Origin: Verrucomicrobiota bacterium
GTDB taxonomy: Bacteria; Verrucomicrobiota; Verrucomicrobiia; Opitutales; Cerasicoccaceae
Reading direction: 5' to 3'
Assembly (NCBI GenBank): GCA_039818205.1
Contig: JBCBUK010000009.1
Coordinates: 1 to 64,000, forward strand
DNA: 64,000 nt
The notes under the pieces: generated by a model
Databases searched by the model: none
What the model was told of the DNA's origin: nothing
Seen by the model: only the letters and a program-made list of their open reading frames with translations
In this document: in pieces, positions 1 to 12,200 of the stretch
How positions within the stretch are numbered: the first letter of the stretch is position 1
How the letters are laid out: every line of letters begins with the position of its first letter
Translations under genes and position numbers: made by a program

Positions 1-1
1 A

Positions 2-3000
2 CTTGATCCGCAGATCCAGCCACTAGCGAATATCAAGGTCGGAATTCTTGGCTCAGATATAGTTCAGTTCACAAATAGCTTTGGAGCATTTATTCTGGAC
101 GAGGTTCCGCTTGGGGAACAGGTGCTCTACGTCGACGCGCGACCAGATGCAGGATCCGGAATTCCGCCGCAAGGTGATGATCGCGTTTTCGGATATTTGG
201 AGTTTCCAGTGTTCATTGAAGAGAACGCCGACAACTCACTTGGACGTCCGGTGTTCCTTGTCGATACCGATTTTTCCACCGCTACTTTTATTGGTAATGA
301 GCCGTTGATGGATGTTGAAATTGTTTCATCACGGGATGACCTCGAGGGAATCTCACTTAAATATTCTGCGGATACCGCTCGGTTTTCCGATGGCGCTGTA
401 GCCGGAGATATAACGGTCACCCGAGTTGATTCCGCTTTTATACCAGACCGTTTGCCCGACGGTTCAATTCCGCACTACCTCGTGGAAGTCCGTCCACTTG
501 ACTTTACAATCGAACCTTCTGCCACCGTCCGGCTTCCGAATGTTTATGGCCTCGGAGCGGGCGATGAGGTGATCGTATTCTATTTCGGTAGTGGCTTAGG
601 TGATTACCAAGAACTCGTTCTTCCCGATGGTTCGAAGCATCAGATCGATTCGTCTGGCAGTTTTGTCGAAGCCGCGGTTCTCAATGGAGGTGGCTTCTAT
701 GGATACATACCTGCAGAGGGAGACTTTGATCTAACGCGAGCCTATCTCACGGGTCGGGTCGTCGGTTCGGATAGTGTTGGTATCCCTGGAGTGAAGGTAA
801 GCTCTGTTGCTGGAGGAACTGCGGTGCTGACGGACCTCAATGGTTATTATAGCATTCCATTGCCGGAGGTTCGTATACTGTTGATTGAGACCTACGCAAG
901 TATTGCGAACGATAGTCCTGGAGCGCCTGAACTCATTTTTCCGTCTGGGTCGGTCGAAGTGAAGACCTCTGGAACAACAACAATGCCAGATATCGTGATC
1001 GATCGCTTTTCCATGAAAGGAAGTGTTCGGTATGTTAATGAAGCTGGAGTCAAAATAGCGGTTGCCGGAGAAACGGTTCTTAAAGGTGGTATTGTAAAGC
1101 AGGTTTCTCCTTCCACTGCTCAATCAGTGTCTATTTACGCGTATCGCCGTTTAGCTGGGTCAGGTGCCGATGCAGTGTATGACACGGTTCCGTTTATTCA
1201 AGCGAACGCCAATGAGACGACGGTGTTCAATGATGCCTTTGATGCTCATTTCTTGATGACCGCATACGGTGCTAGTGACGCGTTTTCGTCGGCACCCATG
1301 CGTGGAGAAGTAGTCAAAATTGTCGCTTTTGATTCTTCGACTGGATATTACGGCGAGATTGATACAACGATTCCGAGTTCGGCTGATGGCGATTTGGTTG
1401 TCGCAATTGATCTTCGACCGCCGCAGCTGGAGCTCGATGTCAATCGGGTCTTCTTTGTCGATAGCGTCCGCCGTCGCGCTAACATTCCCCATCAAGGCAT
1501 AGTATTCACTGACGATGAGTTTGTAGAATTTAAGACCTCGTGGCGGACGGCTGATGCGATCCCGCTAGATCGTCCCGAATTTGAATTACCTGCGCAATTG
1601 CGAGTCAACTCTGTAGACTATAAAATGGACTACCGGTTTGGAGTGCAGGGCGGAGAGCACTTTCGGATTCTCGAAATCCGAGAAGCTTTCTATCCATCGC
1701 GGCTTGAGGTGCTTCAGCGAGAAACCGATGTTGGCACCGAAACCTTCACCATATCGCTGGACGGATCATTTGCATCGGAGACTCTAGTACCGATGAAAGT
1801 GAGGTCCGATTCCTACGGAATCGCGCAATCGACCGTCGATCTAGTTGACGATCCAGTCACGACGTCTTATGAGTTCAACATTATCGATTTTGAAGTCGTG
1901 GAGACCGAAGATGGCTTAGCGCTTTCTGGTCGCGTTCATCCTGATTTCACCGGGCTTAGTGTAGGAGGACAGTCGATAGCCATTGATATCGATGGTTTCA
2001 TTGATGATACTATAAGCGGTACACTAACGACGCAGGGTCTCGAGATAGGCCTGTCTGGTGTCGCGACCACACGTTACGGCGCGGCGTATACTCCAGCAAT
2101 TACTGGCATCGATCCAAATCGTGGCTCCCAGGGGGACTTGGTGACCATTTTCGGTGAGTATTTTAGCCCGGTCGCGCTTGACAATAAGGTAGCGTTTAAT
2201 TCCGCACCGGCAGAGGTGGTTTCTGCCTCTGAGACTCAGTTGGAGGTCTTAGTTCCTGAAGAAGCCTCTTCTGGAGATGTGACTGTTACTGTCGCTGGAC
2301 GGACCTCAAATGGGGTGCACTTCGATTTCGTGTCAATTGGAATCAACAATGGATCGTTCGAGCATGGATCATTTCGAGGATATGTCATAGACGGTGGAGG
2401 GGTAATTCTCGAATCATTGGTTAATGTTGATCCGACTGATAGGGCCTACATGGCACTATTGCATACGTTGGAAGACCCGGTTCTTGGAGTGACGACGTTG
2501 CTTACTGATACCTTTGAGGTTTCGGACTTAGGCGGTGGTGGCCTTCCATATTTTGCGTTCGATTTCAACTTGATGGGAACTGCCGTTCTCGGTGCGTTTG
2601 AAGATCTGGTTTCGGTTTGGGTATTCAAGGAAAATGGGGACGCGGTGCGGGTTGATGGCGTATTTGTGGACTTGGATGAGTGGCATGCTCTTAAAATCAC
2701 AGGATACAACAAAGCGTCCGGGTTCCGGACAGCGTTTGTCAACCTTGCCCGTGCGGGGGTTGCTGTTGGCGACAATGTTCAGATAGGTTTTGAACTGCGA
2801 GGTCGTGGCGTCCTTCCAGAATATATCCCGGGTATGAATCCTGATGACCTGAATCCAACGGATATGGGCAAGCGGCACGGAACAGCGCTCCTTCTGGACA
2901 ATTTGCGGCTGACTTCGATGCACTCTTCTGACCTTGATTCAATCAACCAGGACGCATTTTCAGCGCCGACCTACTCGGGTTCCGTCGATGAGCAAGTTAT

Positions 3001-3286
3001 GAGCATCAGCTCCTCGCAAACTCTTCCGAGCGGAAGTCGCGTATTTGTTGCGAATATGTTTTCGGGAGTCGTGAAATCGTTTGATGTTGATGCGAACGAC
3101 ACATTTACAATTTCCGTTGAGCGCAACTCCTTTTTTCCCGAGGTGAATCCCTACGATGACGATCTATACGGGCCTCGACGAGCACTTTGGGCCGTTTGGT
3201 ATCGGACAGGAGATAGCTCCGATGACGATGAGCCGAGCAATAGTGTCTTCATTCCGCCGACGTTGGTTGAGCTAGTCGCTGAGTAA
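2..3286 (+). CDS. Large secreted-type protein, 5'-truncated by the window: carboxypeptidase-regulatory-like (CarboxypepD_reg) repeats and an IPT/TIG domain; likely partner of the downstream RHS toxin
   Basis: The frame of ORF 122..3286 stays open back to base 2 (LDPQIQPLANIKVGILGSDIVQFTNSFGAFILDEVPLG). It contains LTGRVVGSDSVGIPGVKVS..TDLNGYYSIP and an IPT-like PAITGIDPNRGSQGDLVTIFGEYF..VAFN..SETQLEVLVP..SSGDVTVTV. It ends 12 bp before the RHS gene. Confidence 0.75.
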   Translation, partial: LDPQIQPLANIKVGILGSDIVQFTNSFGAFILDEVPLGEQVLYVDARPDAGSGIPPQGDDRVFGYLEFPVFIEENADNSLGRPVFLVDTDFSTATFIGNEPLMDVEIVSSRDDLEGISLKYSADTARFSDGAVAGDITVTRVDSAFIPDRLPDGSIPHYLVEVRPLDFTIEPSATVRLPNVYGLGAGDEVIVFYFGSGLGDYQELVLPDGSKHQIDSSGSFVEAAVLNGGGFYGYIPAEGDFDLTRAYLTGRVVGSDSVGIPGVKVSSVAGGTAVLTDLNGYYSIPLPEVRILLIETYASIANDSPGAPELIFPSGSVEVKTSGTTTMPDIVIDRFSMKGSVRYVNEAGVKIAVAGETVLKGGIVKQVSPSTAQSVSIYAYRRLAGSGADAVYDTVPFIQANANETTVFNDAFDAHFLMTAYGASDAFSSAPMRGEVVKIVAFDSSTGYYGEIDTTIPSSADGDLVVAIDLRPPQLELDVNRVFFVDSVRRRANIPHQGIVFTDDEFVEFKTSWRTADAIPLDRPEFELPAQLRVNSVDYKMDYRFGVQGGEHFRILEIREAFYPSRLEVLQRETDVGTETFTISLDGSFASETLVPMKVRSDSYGIAQSTVDLVDDPVTTSYEFNIIDFEVVETEDGLALSGRVHPDFTGLSVGGQSIAIDIDGFIDDTISGTLTTQGLEIGLSGVATTRYGAAYTPAITGIDPNRGSQGDLVTIFGEYFSPVALDNKVAFNSAPAEVVSASETQLEVLVPEEASSGDVTVTVAGRTSNGVHFDFVSIGINNGSFEHGSFRGYVIDGGGVILESLVNVDPTDRAYMALLHTLEDPVLGVTTLLTDTFEVSDLGGGGLPYFAFDFNLMGTAVLGAFEDLVSVWVFKENGDAVRVDGVFVDLDEWHALKITGYNKASGFRTAFVNLARAGVAVGDNVQIGFELRGRGVLPEYIPGMNPDDLNPTDMGKRHGTALLLDNLRLTSMHSSDLDSINQDAFSAPTYSGSVDEQVMSISSSQTLPSGSRVFVANMFSGVVKSFDVDANDTFTISVERNSFFPEVNPYDDDLYGPRRALWAVWYRTGDSSDDDEPSNSVFIPPTLVELVAE

Positions 3287-3298
3287 GAAATTTTTTTA

Positions 3299-6200
3299 AT
3301 GAATTTGGGTATGATAAAGCAGCAAATTAATCGTTGTATGTCGCAATTTAACCAGAGAACGACTGGCTTATATTTGCGCACAGTATTCTTGTTTGGTCTG
3401 TCTTTAGGTGCGGCCTCATTACTACAAGCACAACTCGAGCTTCCCGGAGTGGGAATCGTTGAAGATGCCGAGAATGTAAGTGCTGTTCGGATTGATCGCC
3501 TCGGGGAAGTCCATACCGAAGGCGAATCTAGCCATCGTCAAAAACCAATCGTTATTAGTTCCGACGGCCAGAGAGTGTTTACCGCGTCCGGTAATACCGT
3601 TCAGGAAGAGCCATTAAGCACCCATTATAATGGGGGTGATTACACGGTTCCCGGGTCTGACGGGTATGAAATTAAAGCTATGGTTGAGCATCCAGGAGGT
3701 GATCGACTGTATGTTGTTCTGGAAAAAGAAAACGGCGATTTACCTGACTACAGCGATCATATTTCGAGAGGTCTTCAATCACCGATTCCCGGGTTCAAAG
3801 GCAATGATCTCCTTATCGCTGCGCTCAATATTTCTGCCGAGATAAATAACGACCGGGAGTTAGTTTCCGAAGAATCGGACCCGCAGAACGGGTTGGAGAA
3901 TCCATCTGTTGAAGTCGGTAATAACCCTGCAGGACTCGGCGAGGAAGGCGAAAGCGGTGTAAGTGCTGCAACACGCGGATTCATTCTTGTTAGAAGCCTA
4001 GAAGGAGTTGGATTCAATATCACAGATATGGCTATTACTCCACAAGGTGACTTTATATTGATCACGGCAATGGGAGTCTCCCTACCGCGATCTACTCCGT
4101 TTGGTGTGATTAGCGGGCCGGACGAAGGCACGGGGGGAGTCTATGTCGTCGATTCAGGGTCACTGGAAACTCTGGATTATATCCCAACCAATCTTGGTGG
4201 CGATGACAATACCCGTAGAGTTCGAACGGCGATGATTCGTACCGCGCATCGTATTAAACATCCGGTGGTAGAAAGAGCTTATTATAAAATGATGCTCAGT
4301 TTGGGTCAACTGGCTGTGGCCGGGACCTTTTCACCAGCATTTGCTCTCGGACCTGGCCAGTCCATCGCGACCGAGTATTATAATAATTCCTATTTGCATG
4401 GATTGTTGGCGGATTCCTACAGTGACTTCGGTTATCTAGCCGCTTATGCGAACACTTATCCACATGATATGATTGGGGCGACAGGTATCGGAATTAGTAA
4501 CCGTGGGGATATGGCGATGGTGACGATGGAAAGAACCAACAACGTTGGTGTCATTCCAATCAACAGTTTCGTTTCGCCCCTCGGCGATATTACTTATGAT
4601 AGTTCCGGATTAGATTTTGCCTCCGCGTCACCTAAATATGTCAATGGAGAGAATCTCGATTTTTCGCTTAGCGGCATTGATGCAGCAGGCAATCTTCGTT
4701 TTAGTTATTGGGGACCTGCTGATGTAGCCTTTTCACCCGATGACAAAATCGCTATAGTGGGCGCGAACAGTGCCCGGTTTGGTTTATATGGTGAGGTCGA
4801 TCTTGAAGCCAATCGAGACTTGGTTCTCGGGGGGAGTCCAACCCAGAACTTTATTGCACTAAGAAGCTCTGGATTGGAGCGCCCGAAACACGTGGCTGGG
4901 GTGCCCGCTCTCGATAATGATGGCGATGGAATGTCGAATCATGCAGAGGCATTCAATCGTTGGAACGATGGTCGCGAGCTAAGCGACGAGGGTATCGAGA
5001 ATCTTGCGCTATCGGATGGAAAGGCCGGACTGGCTGATATCAATATTCCAGCGAAATCAGTCGTGGATCCGGAAGGTGGTCGGACTGCATTCTATCTGCT
5101 GCCTCACAGCGGTATCGGTTATCGTTTTGACTATATGGGAAATAGGAAGTTCTCGATCAATGCGGGGAATGCTACGACAATTGCTGCGATCGAAAAACTC
5201 GGTCGCACGTGGCAGGCATCTAATCCCGATCGGCCCTATTTTGTCGTTCAAGCCATGGCTCAGTTCGGCGGTGGAAATCTGTACAATCGTTCGGGAGAGA
5301 TCCAGGATTATTCGTCACGGACTGGGTTCGATGCGAATTTTGCGTATTTTTCTCCAGGTCGCTCCGACGTTCCGTTTGATATTGTTTCCAGTAATGATCC
5401 CTCGTCGCCCCTCGACAACTCCGTGGCAAGTCTTGAAGGAATGGACAAAGACTCGACTCGGCGGCTGATTAGTTTTCTCATTGAAGAGCCAATGGTGAAG
5501 GAGATTTGGGTCGATCCACTTATCGAAGAGTGGTATGGCTCAGATGATAAATTTGTCGTTCGAGGAGAAAAAGACATAGACAGCATCAAGCGGCGGGACT
5601 GCGATAGCTTTATGAAGGTCGTATTTGGGGCTACTTCAGATGTTCAGGTGATCATTGACAATACATCTGCAGTCTACGATGGGACAGCTGTAAAGTATTA
5701 CTACGAAGAGCGGCAAGATCTCGCTGAATCCAATTATATCCCGGTTACATTCCTGGTGACGGATCCGAATGCATATATGTTTCGGTTTAGTGGAGCCAAT
5801 CCACTATATGAGTATGACGAAGAGAATGATGCCTATACTGTAGTTGACTTTAGTCACGAATTTGAGGCGGATTGGCTGAGAGAGTCCCCGGTTTTATATC
5901 TCGGGAATGGGGATGATGTTGGTGTAACGATCACTACTTATGATCGGGACGGACTTGTTCTGGACACTACGGTTGTTATACCAGATAGAGTGTCGGTTGA
6001 GTTGCCTGAGGATCTGTTGCCAACTAATGTTTCGCCCGACGTTAACTATGGGTTTCCCGGCTGGGCTGATGGTTTTAATCTGGACGGAGCTTCGGACGAA
6101 AGGCTAGTCAGTGATCGTATTGATGATGCAGCAGATGATGAGGGAGCTGCAGTTACAGCATCCCTTACTATTGATTTTGAAGGAGCTTCTTCGGATTCAT

Positions 6201-9200
6201 ATGTCCGGATTAGCTATCCAGCGTCAGCGCCAGCGGCAGTCACACGATATACCGAGCACAATCGTCAGAGTTTTCGGTATGACACCCATTTTCGCTTACC
6301 GAACTCAGGGTTGTTGCGGTTTTGGAAGCATGACCAAGAGATTCGAAAACTGTCCGACTATGTTGCTCCAGGTGTTTACAAGCTTTCAGATCTAGGAGGG
6401 AATGGAAGTAGCTTGACCCTTTACGCTGAAGCCGTTGTCGAGGACTATTCGGGAGCCCTGATCCAAGTTTCCTTGGACCCCGATGGGGATGGCCCTGCCG
6501 GTTTTATTGCCTCGGACTCGCTTCTTATAAATAATACTGGATCGTATCTGACTGCTGCTCCTGAAACCATTGAAGTCGGGGAGACTTCTCATCTTACGCT
6601 TAATTACGGAGGTCCGGGGGATACCAAATTCCGATTTCATTTTGATCCAAGGTATCTTGAAATTAAGGATGATACTGGCACAGCGCTTGAGCCAGGAATA
6701 CTTTATGATCGAGATAGCGTTTCTGGCCTTACGGCGTTGGCATTACAGGAGACATATGTGCCGGGTTCGAGTGTTATCGCGGTCGAAATTATTTCCGACG
6801 TAAATGAGGGCGGCAGCAGGCACCTAAATTCTTTTAATAATCCGAAAGGCAGCGTAATTGAGGAAGTTATTATTCCGGGTGCAACGCGTTGGGGTCGTGC
6901 CGATTTGTCAGGTACTTGGGTTGGGCCCGCGATTCGTTGGGAGCAAGAGACTGGAACGTATCATAATCCGATCAATGTTGGGCGTCCAGAGAAAGAACAT
7001 CGTATAGGTTATGATGAGACCCATTTGCGGGCGATCCTTGAAGAAGACGTCGATGGTGCCGTTGAATATGAGGTTGTTCAATGGGTTCCTGAGTTTGAGG
7101 GGGGAGTGCAACCGAATACCTATCAAATGGGAGACAAATACATTGTTCAGGCGAACGAGGATGCCGGATACCTCCTCGTGAAAGCGCGAAGTGTCTCGGA
7201 TCCCGCAATTGAATCGACAACGATTCGGGTCGATATCTCCTGTGCCATCTGTATCGATTGCGAAGAGGAAGTGACCCTCACACCGGAAACGGAATTCGAC
7301 GGTGAACTAGAATTTGAGATCAGCGACGGCGATGGGGGGCAACTGGTGGTATCCGGTGGCGGAGCTATGGCTGATAATCCAGCGTCGATCGAATTTTTGG
7401 ATTATCCCTATGAGAATTATAACGAGGATGATCGGAAAATTCGCATTATGCGATTAGGGCTCCTTCGCCAAGTGCTGACCATGGACTATCTGGTCGACAT
7501 AAAAATTCAAGATGAATACTCCTATGACATTGTAACATACGCAGTGGGTGCTTCTGAGCCGGAAAAAAGTGGCGGCCTTTACTTAACAGATGGATTACAG
7601 GAGGTTAAAATCTTCAAGGTTGAAAATCCCGGGGGAGATTCTGGACAGAATGATGAGTTGAAGGTTACGGAGGAACATTTCGGGCGTGAAATCCGGCGCA
7701 GGGAGTTTGAGCGTGAGGGCATTGAGAATCGATGGAGAATTCGTGATACCCGTAAGCCACTTCTAGCTAGTCAGAGTACTGGTCCTCTGCGAGGAGGATT
7801 TGGAGGCCTCGGAGATGGCTCGAACGGCGGTGACGATTCTAACAACTTTAGCGAAGTTACTGAAGTATTCTTCACAACCAACCCTGACGGTAGCGAGACG
7901 CAGACCATTTTGCGTAGGAATGCCGATGGTTCTAATGCGTTGCAGACGACTAAGACCATACAAGACTTTCAATTCGGTCAGCGCGAAGTTTCGAGTTCAT
8001 TTGGCTCTGGAGGGGCCAGTTTGGGTTCGACAACTCAATACTATGGTGCTTCTGGCGGCGGCGGCGGCGGCGGCGGTGGCGGCGGTGGCAGCGCTTCAGA
8101 TGGAAAACCAATGCTTATTGAGAGCTACGATGGTTCCTGGAAAAAATTCGAATATGATAGCAGTGGACGGAAGTCAAAAGAGATTACACCTTGGTTGAAC
8201 TCCAGTCCTAATGACCCCGAAGCCTCTAGCGAGGTTACGACTTGGACATACTGGGAAAATTCCAGAAAACCAAAGAGCAAAGTTGTTTCGGTTTTAGGAA
8301 AAGAGGTCGAGCGTAGCTATTGGACCTACTTACCCGATGGAGTCATCGAGACTGCCGCTGGTAAGCCCGGTGCTTCGGAGGCTGATCCCGAAAATGTTGT
8401 CATTCGCAAGACTTTCTATACTGACGGTCTTTTTAAAGGCCAGGATAAGAAAATCGAACTCCCCAATGGTGTTTCTTCATTGTTTGAATATTCTAAGGAT
8501 GAAGGCGATTCCAAGGTCATCCAGTGGTCCGGGGAGCCCAATGAAGATGGAGATGCCATTGTTCGTGGAACCCGCGTTGAAACGGTTTCTGATTCAAAGG
8601 GCCGTGAGCTGAGACGCTTTGTCTATGATATCGAAACAGATGTTATGGTCGACTACACGGCCGTCACGGATGTGGATCACCAAGGCCGGCCTCGTCGGAT
8701 TGAGTACATGGACGGCACCTTCATAGAGCGTAGTTTTGGCTGCTGTGGTCTCGAGTATGAGGTCGACCAACAAGGCATTCGGACCGACTATGAATATGAT
8801 AGTGCGAATCGGTTGGTAGCTGAAACCCGGCTTGGAGTCACCACCCGATATTTTTATGATGGTTCCGGAAAGCGAATCCGCACCGAACTGGAAGGGCAGG
8901 ACAGTACCGTGCTGACCGTTCGTGAAAACGAATACAATTCCCGTGCGAGTTTGAGCGACACTTATGACATTGGTGGCAGGAGAACTCAATTTAGCATGGA
9001 CTATCCTGCTGGTGGTGGACGCGTAGAAACCGTCACGCTTCCAAGCATGGCGGAAATTATTACTACAACCGCGAAGGATGGCCGCGCATTGAGCATCTCG
9101 GGTTCTGGTGCTTTGCCGAACCGCTACGAATATGATATCGAAACGTTGGATGGCGTGAATTATGACGTGCGGAAGACGATATTTATTGGTGACCTTGGTT

Positions 9201-12200
9201 CGGAGACAACCTGGGTGAAGGACTTCGTCGACATGAACGGTCGGGTTGTTCGACGGGAGTTTGCCGACGGAGCGGTCGAGACATTGCACTACAACGAAGC
9301 TGCTCAGCTCGTGAAGACAGTCGATGCCGATGGTGTTGTGCGGTTGCTTGCTTACAACACCTTGGGCGAGCGCGTGATTACCGCGGTAGATTTGAATCGA
9401 AATGATGTCATTGACTACGATGGAGCCGACCGGATTTCTGCCATCGATCAGGCGATCGTCTACGATGCCGATCTCGGTGAGCATGTCGCGCGGACAATCT
9501 TTAGCGTATGGGTTCAAGACAACACCGATTTGGCAACAACCACCAGCATTGTAAAAACTAGCCTGGACGGTCTGCGTAGCTGGACCACCGATGCGCACGG
9601 TGCCACGAGCCGAGAGGAGATTATCTACTCCGGGCGTCGGGATGGTGGCTGGATCCAGCGTTCAATTGCGCCCGACGGCTCTTATGCTGAGTCGATTGTC
9701 GAGAACGGACTCCTCGATCGAGTTGCATCTTATGACCAGAACGCGGTCATCATTACTCAAACAGCCTACACTTACGATGAGTTCAACCGTGTCGAAACCG
9801 AGACGACGCTTGATGGAGTCATTTCAACTTATAACTACAACGACGACGGCAGCGTCGATTTCATGTCGGTAAAGAAGGGCGACGACGTCTTTATCACCGA
9901 CTATGAGTACGACGAGAATGGTTTGATGACGACAATCATCTTGCCGGATAACTCGACGAAGCACTATGCCTATGATGACATGGGGCGTACCTACAAGGAG
10001 TGGGGCTCGCAGCGGTATCCAATTGAAGTCGCCTTCGACACGATGGGTCGGATAAAAACACGGACACAGTGGCAGAATTTTGATGCCGCAACGGGCGAAG
10101 GCCTATCGGGCAGCAGGTCAACGACCTACGAATACCACACCAATCGGAACTGGTTGTTGTCGCAGACCGATGAACTCGGTCGCGCGACAAGTTTCACCTA
10201 CAAGCCTTCCGGGCGTATCGAAACCCGGACGATGCAGCGTGGCGCAGTCGGCACGTTCTACTACAACAATGCCGGAGACGTCGAGCTCGTGGATTATTCG
10301 GACGCGACGCCGGACGTTGCCTTTTTCTATGATCGCTTGGGGCGCATGACTCAAGTCGACGGCGGCACCTCCAATGCCGGGCTCATCGCAGATGTTGATC
10401 GCCTCTACCGCTACGAGTACCGCTTTACCGATCAATTCGATCTCGATATGGAAATCGTGGAGACTGGCATCTCCCGCGTGATGAAACATCGCTACCAGAC
10501 CGCTGCCGAGGGCGTCGCCGGCCGCTATGCTGGATTCGATTTGGGTAGCCTGGTTGACCCGGACGAGACGACCACCAAGCGCTTCTTCTACGATGACGCG
10601 GGCCGCATTTCCGACATCCAATCCGGCCTCGGCAATTTCAATTATGAGTATGAGGACGACACCAGTTTCCTCAAAACGCTCAACGCGCCCGCACACAAGG
10701 TAAACTACGCGTACCACCCCGTGCATCGGAACCGTAGCGGCGTGGAAAACGTGGTCAACGGGCAGGTCGTATCGTCGGTCAATATGCATTTCGACGCATT
10801 GGGTAAGATCGAGGCCATCATCCGCCAAGGCACGAGTGTTCCCGGCGGCACCTACGATATTGTCGATTACGACGAGAAAGGCCAGTTGACGAGCTATGAT
10901 CGCTTCTCTGGCCTCTCACCCCCGGTGGACGGCGACGAACCGATTCACGAACGTTCTTACGACTACAGTTATGATGACATCGGTAACCGTACACTCTGGG
11001 CGCTGGGCCCCGATGCGCCGTCTGGCCCGCTGGCCGCAAATACTTACCTGCCCAATGATCTGAACCAGATCGACACGATTACGGGGAGTTTCAACGAGAA
11101 CGTCGTCCACGATCTCGACGGCAACCGCCTCGAGGACGGCAAATACACCTACACCTGGGATGCTGAAAACCGCGTCACGTCCATTACGCCGATCATGCCG
11201 GCGGAGGGCGATGCCAAGCTGGTCTTCACCTACGACTACCGCAGCCGCCGGATTGCCAAGGAGGTGAGTGAGTGGAGCGATTCGGCGATGGCCTTCATCG
11301 CCGCCTATCGCCACGACTACCTTTACGACGGGTGGGACCTGATCTACGAGACCGTCACGGATCAAGGTGCGACCGAGTCCACCGAGCACCTCTATGTCTG
11401 GGGTAAGGACCAATCGCAACTCATGGGCGGTCTCGGTGGCGCGGGCGGCCTGCTCGGTCGCAAGACGATGGAGAGTGGCCAGGCCGATCAAATCCGCTAC
11501 TACCTCTACGATACCAACGCCAATGTCACCCAGATTATCGACGACACGGGCGACGTGGTCGCGCACTACGAATACAGCCCCTTCGGCGAACTCGTCCAAG
11601 TCGTCGAAGATGCCTCCGAGGAAACGAATCCGTACCGCTTTTCCGGCTACTACTCCGATGTGGAGACTGGCTTGGTCAACTACGGGCTGCGGGTCTATAA
11701 CCCGCGCCATGGCGTTTGGCTCAACCGTGACCCTTCGGGCTTTGCTGGCGGGGAGAATTTGTTTGCCTTCCTCGGGAATGATCCCTTGGGCAAGGTCGAT
11801 CGCCTCGGTCTTGATGAATACAATAAAAAGGATTTCTCAAGCCAGATAGGCGACGCTTTTAGCGCACAGGTGAGCACCTATGCAAGTTTTACAACGTCCG
11901 ATTGGGTCTCTTGGGGGGCGGAGCAGGCTGCCGGCTTCTCCATTGGTGCCGCAGCTGGGTTTGCCAGCGGTGCCACTGAGTTAGTCGAGATGGCGTTGGG
12001 GGCTGCACAGTTTGCCGGGAATGTGATCGACTATGCCACCGATCCGGATTTCCGCAGCTACATCAATGCCCAAATCAGTAAATTGTGGGGGGTGATCACC
12101 GAAGCCTTTAAGGGATTCGTCGATTGCTTCCGCACCAAGTGTTGCCAACAAAATATGCTACATGAGCTCGGCAAGGAGATGGCGGATCTATTGACGGAGT

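Noticed and set aside
8594..11710. Long antisense ORFs (334, 236 and 264 aa) over the RHS core
   Set aside because: Mirror-frame artefacts of C-ending codon bias in the RHS gene.
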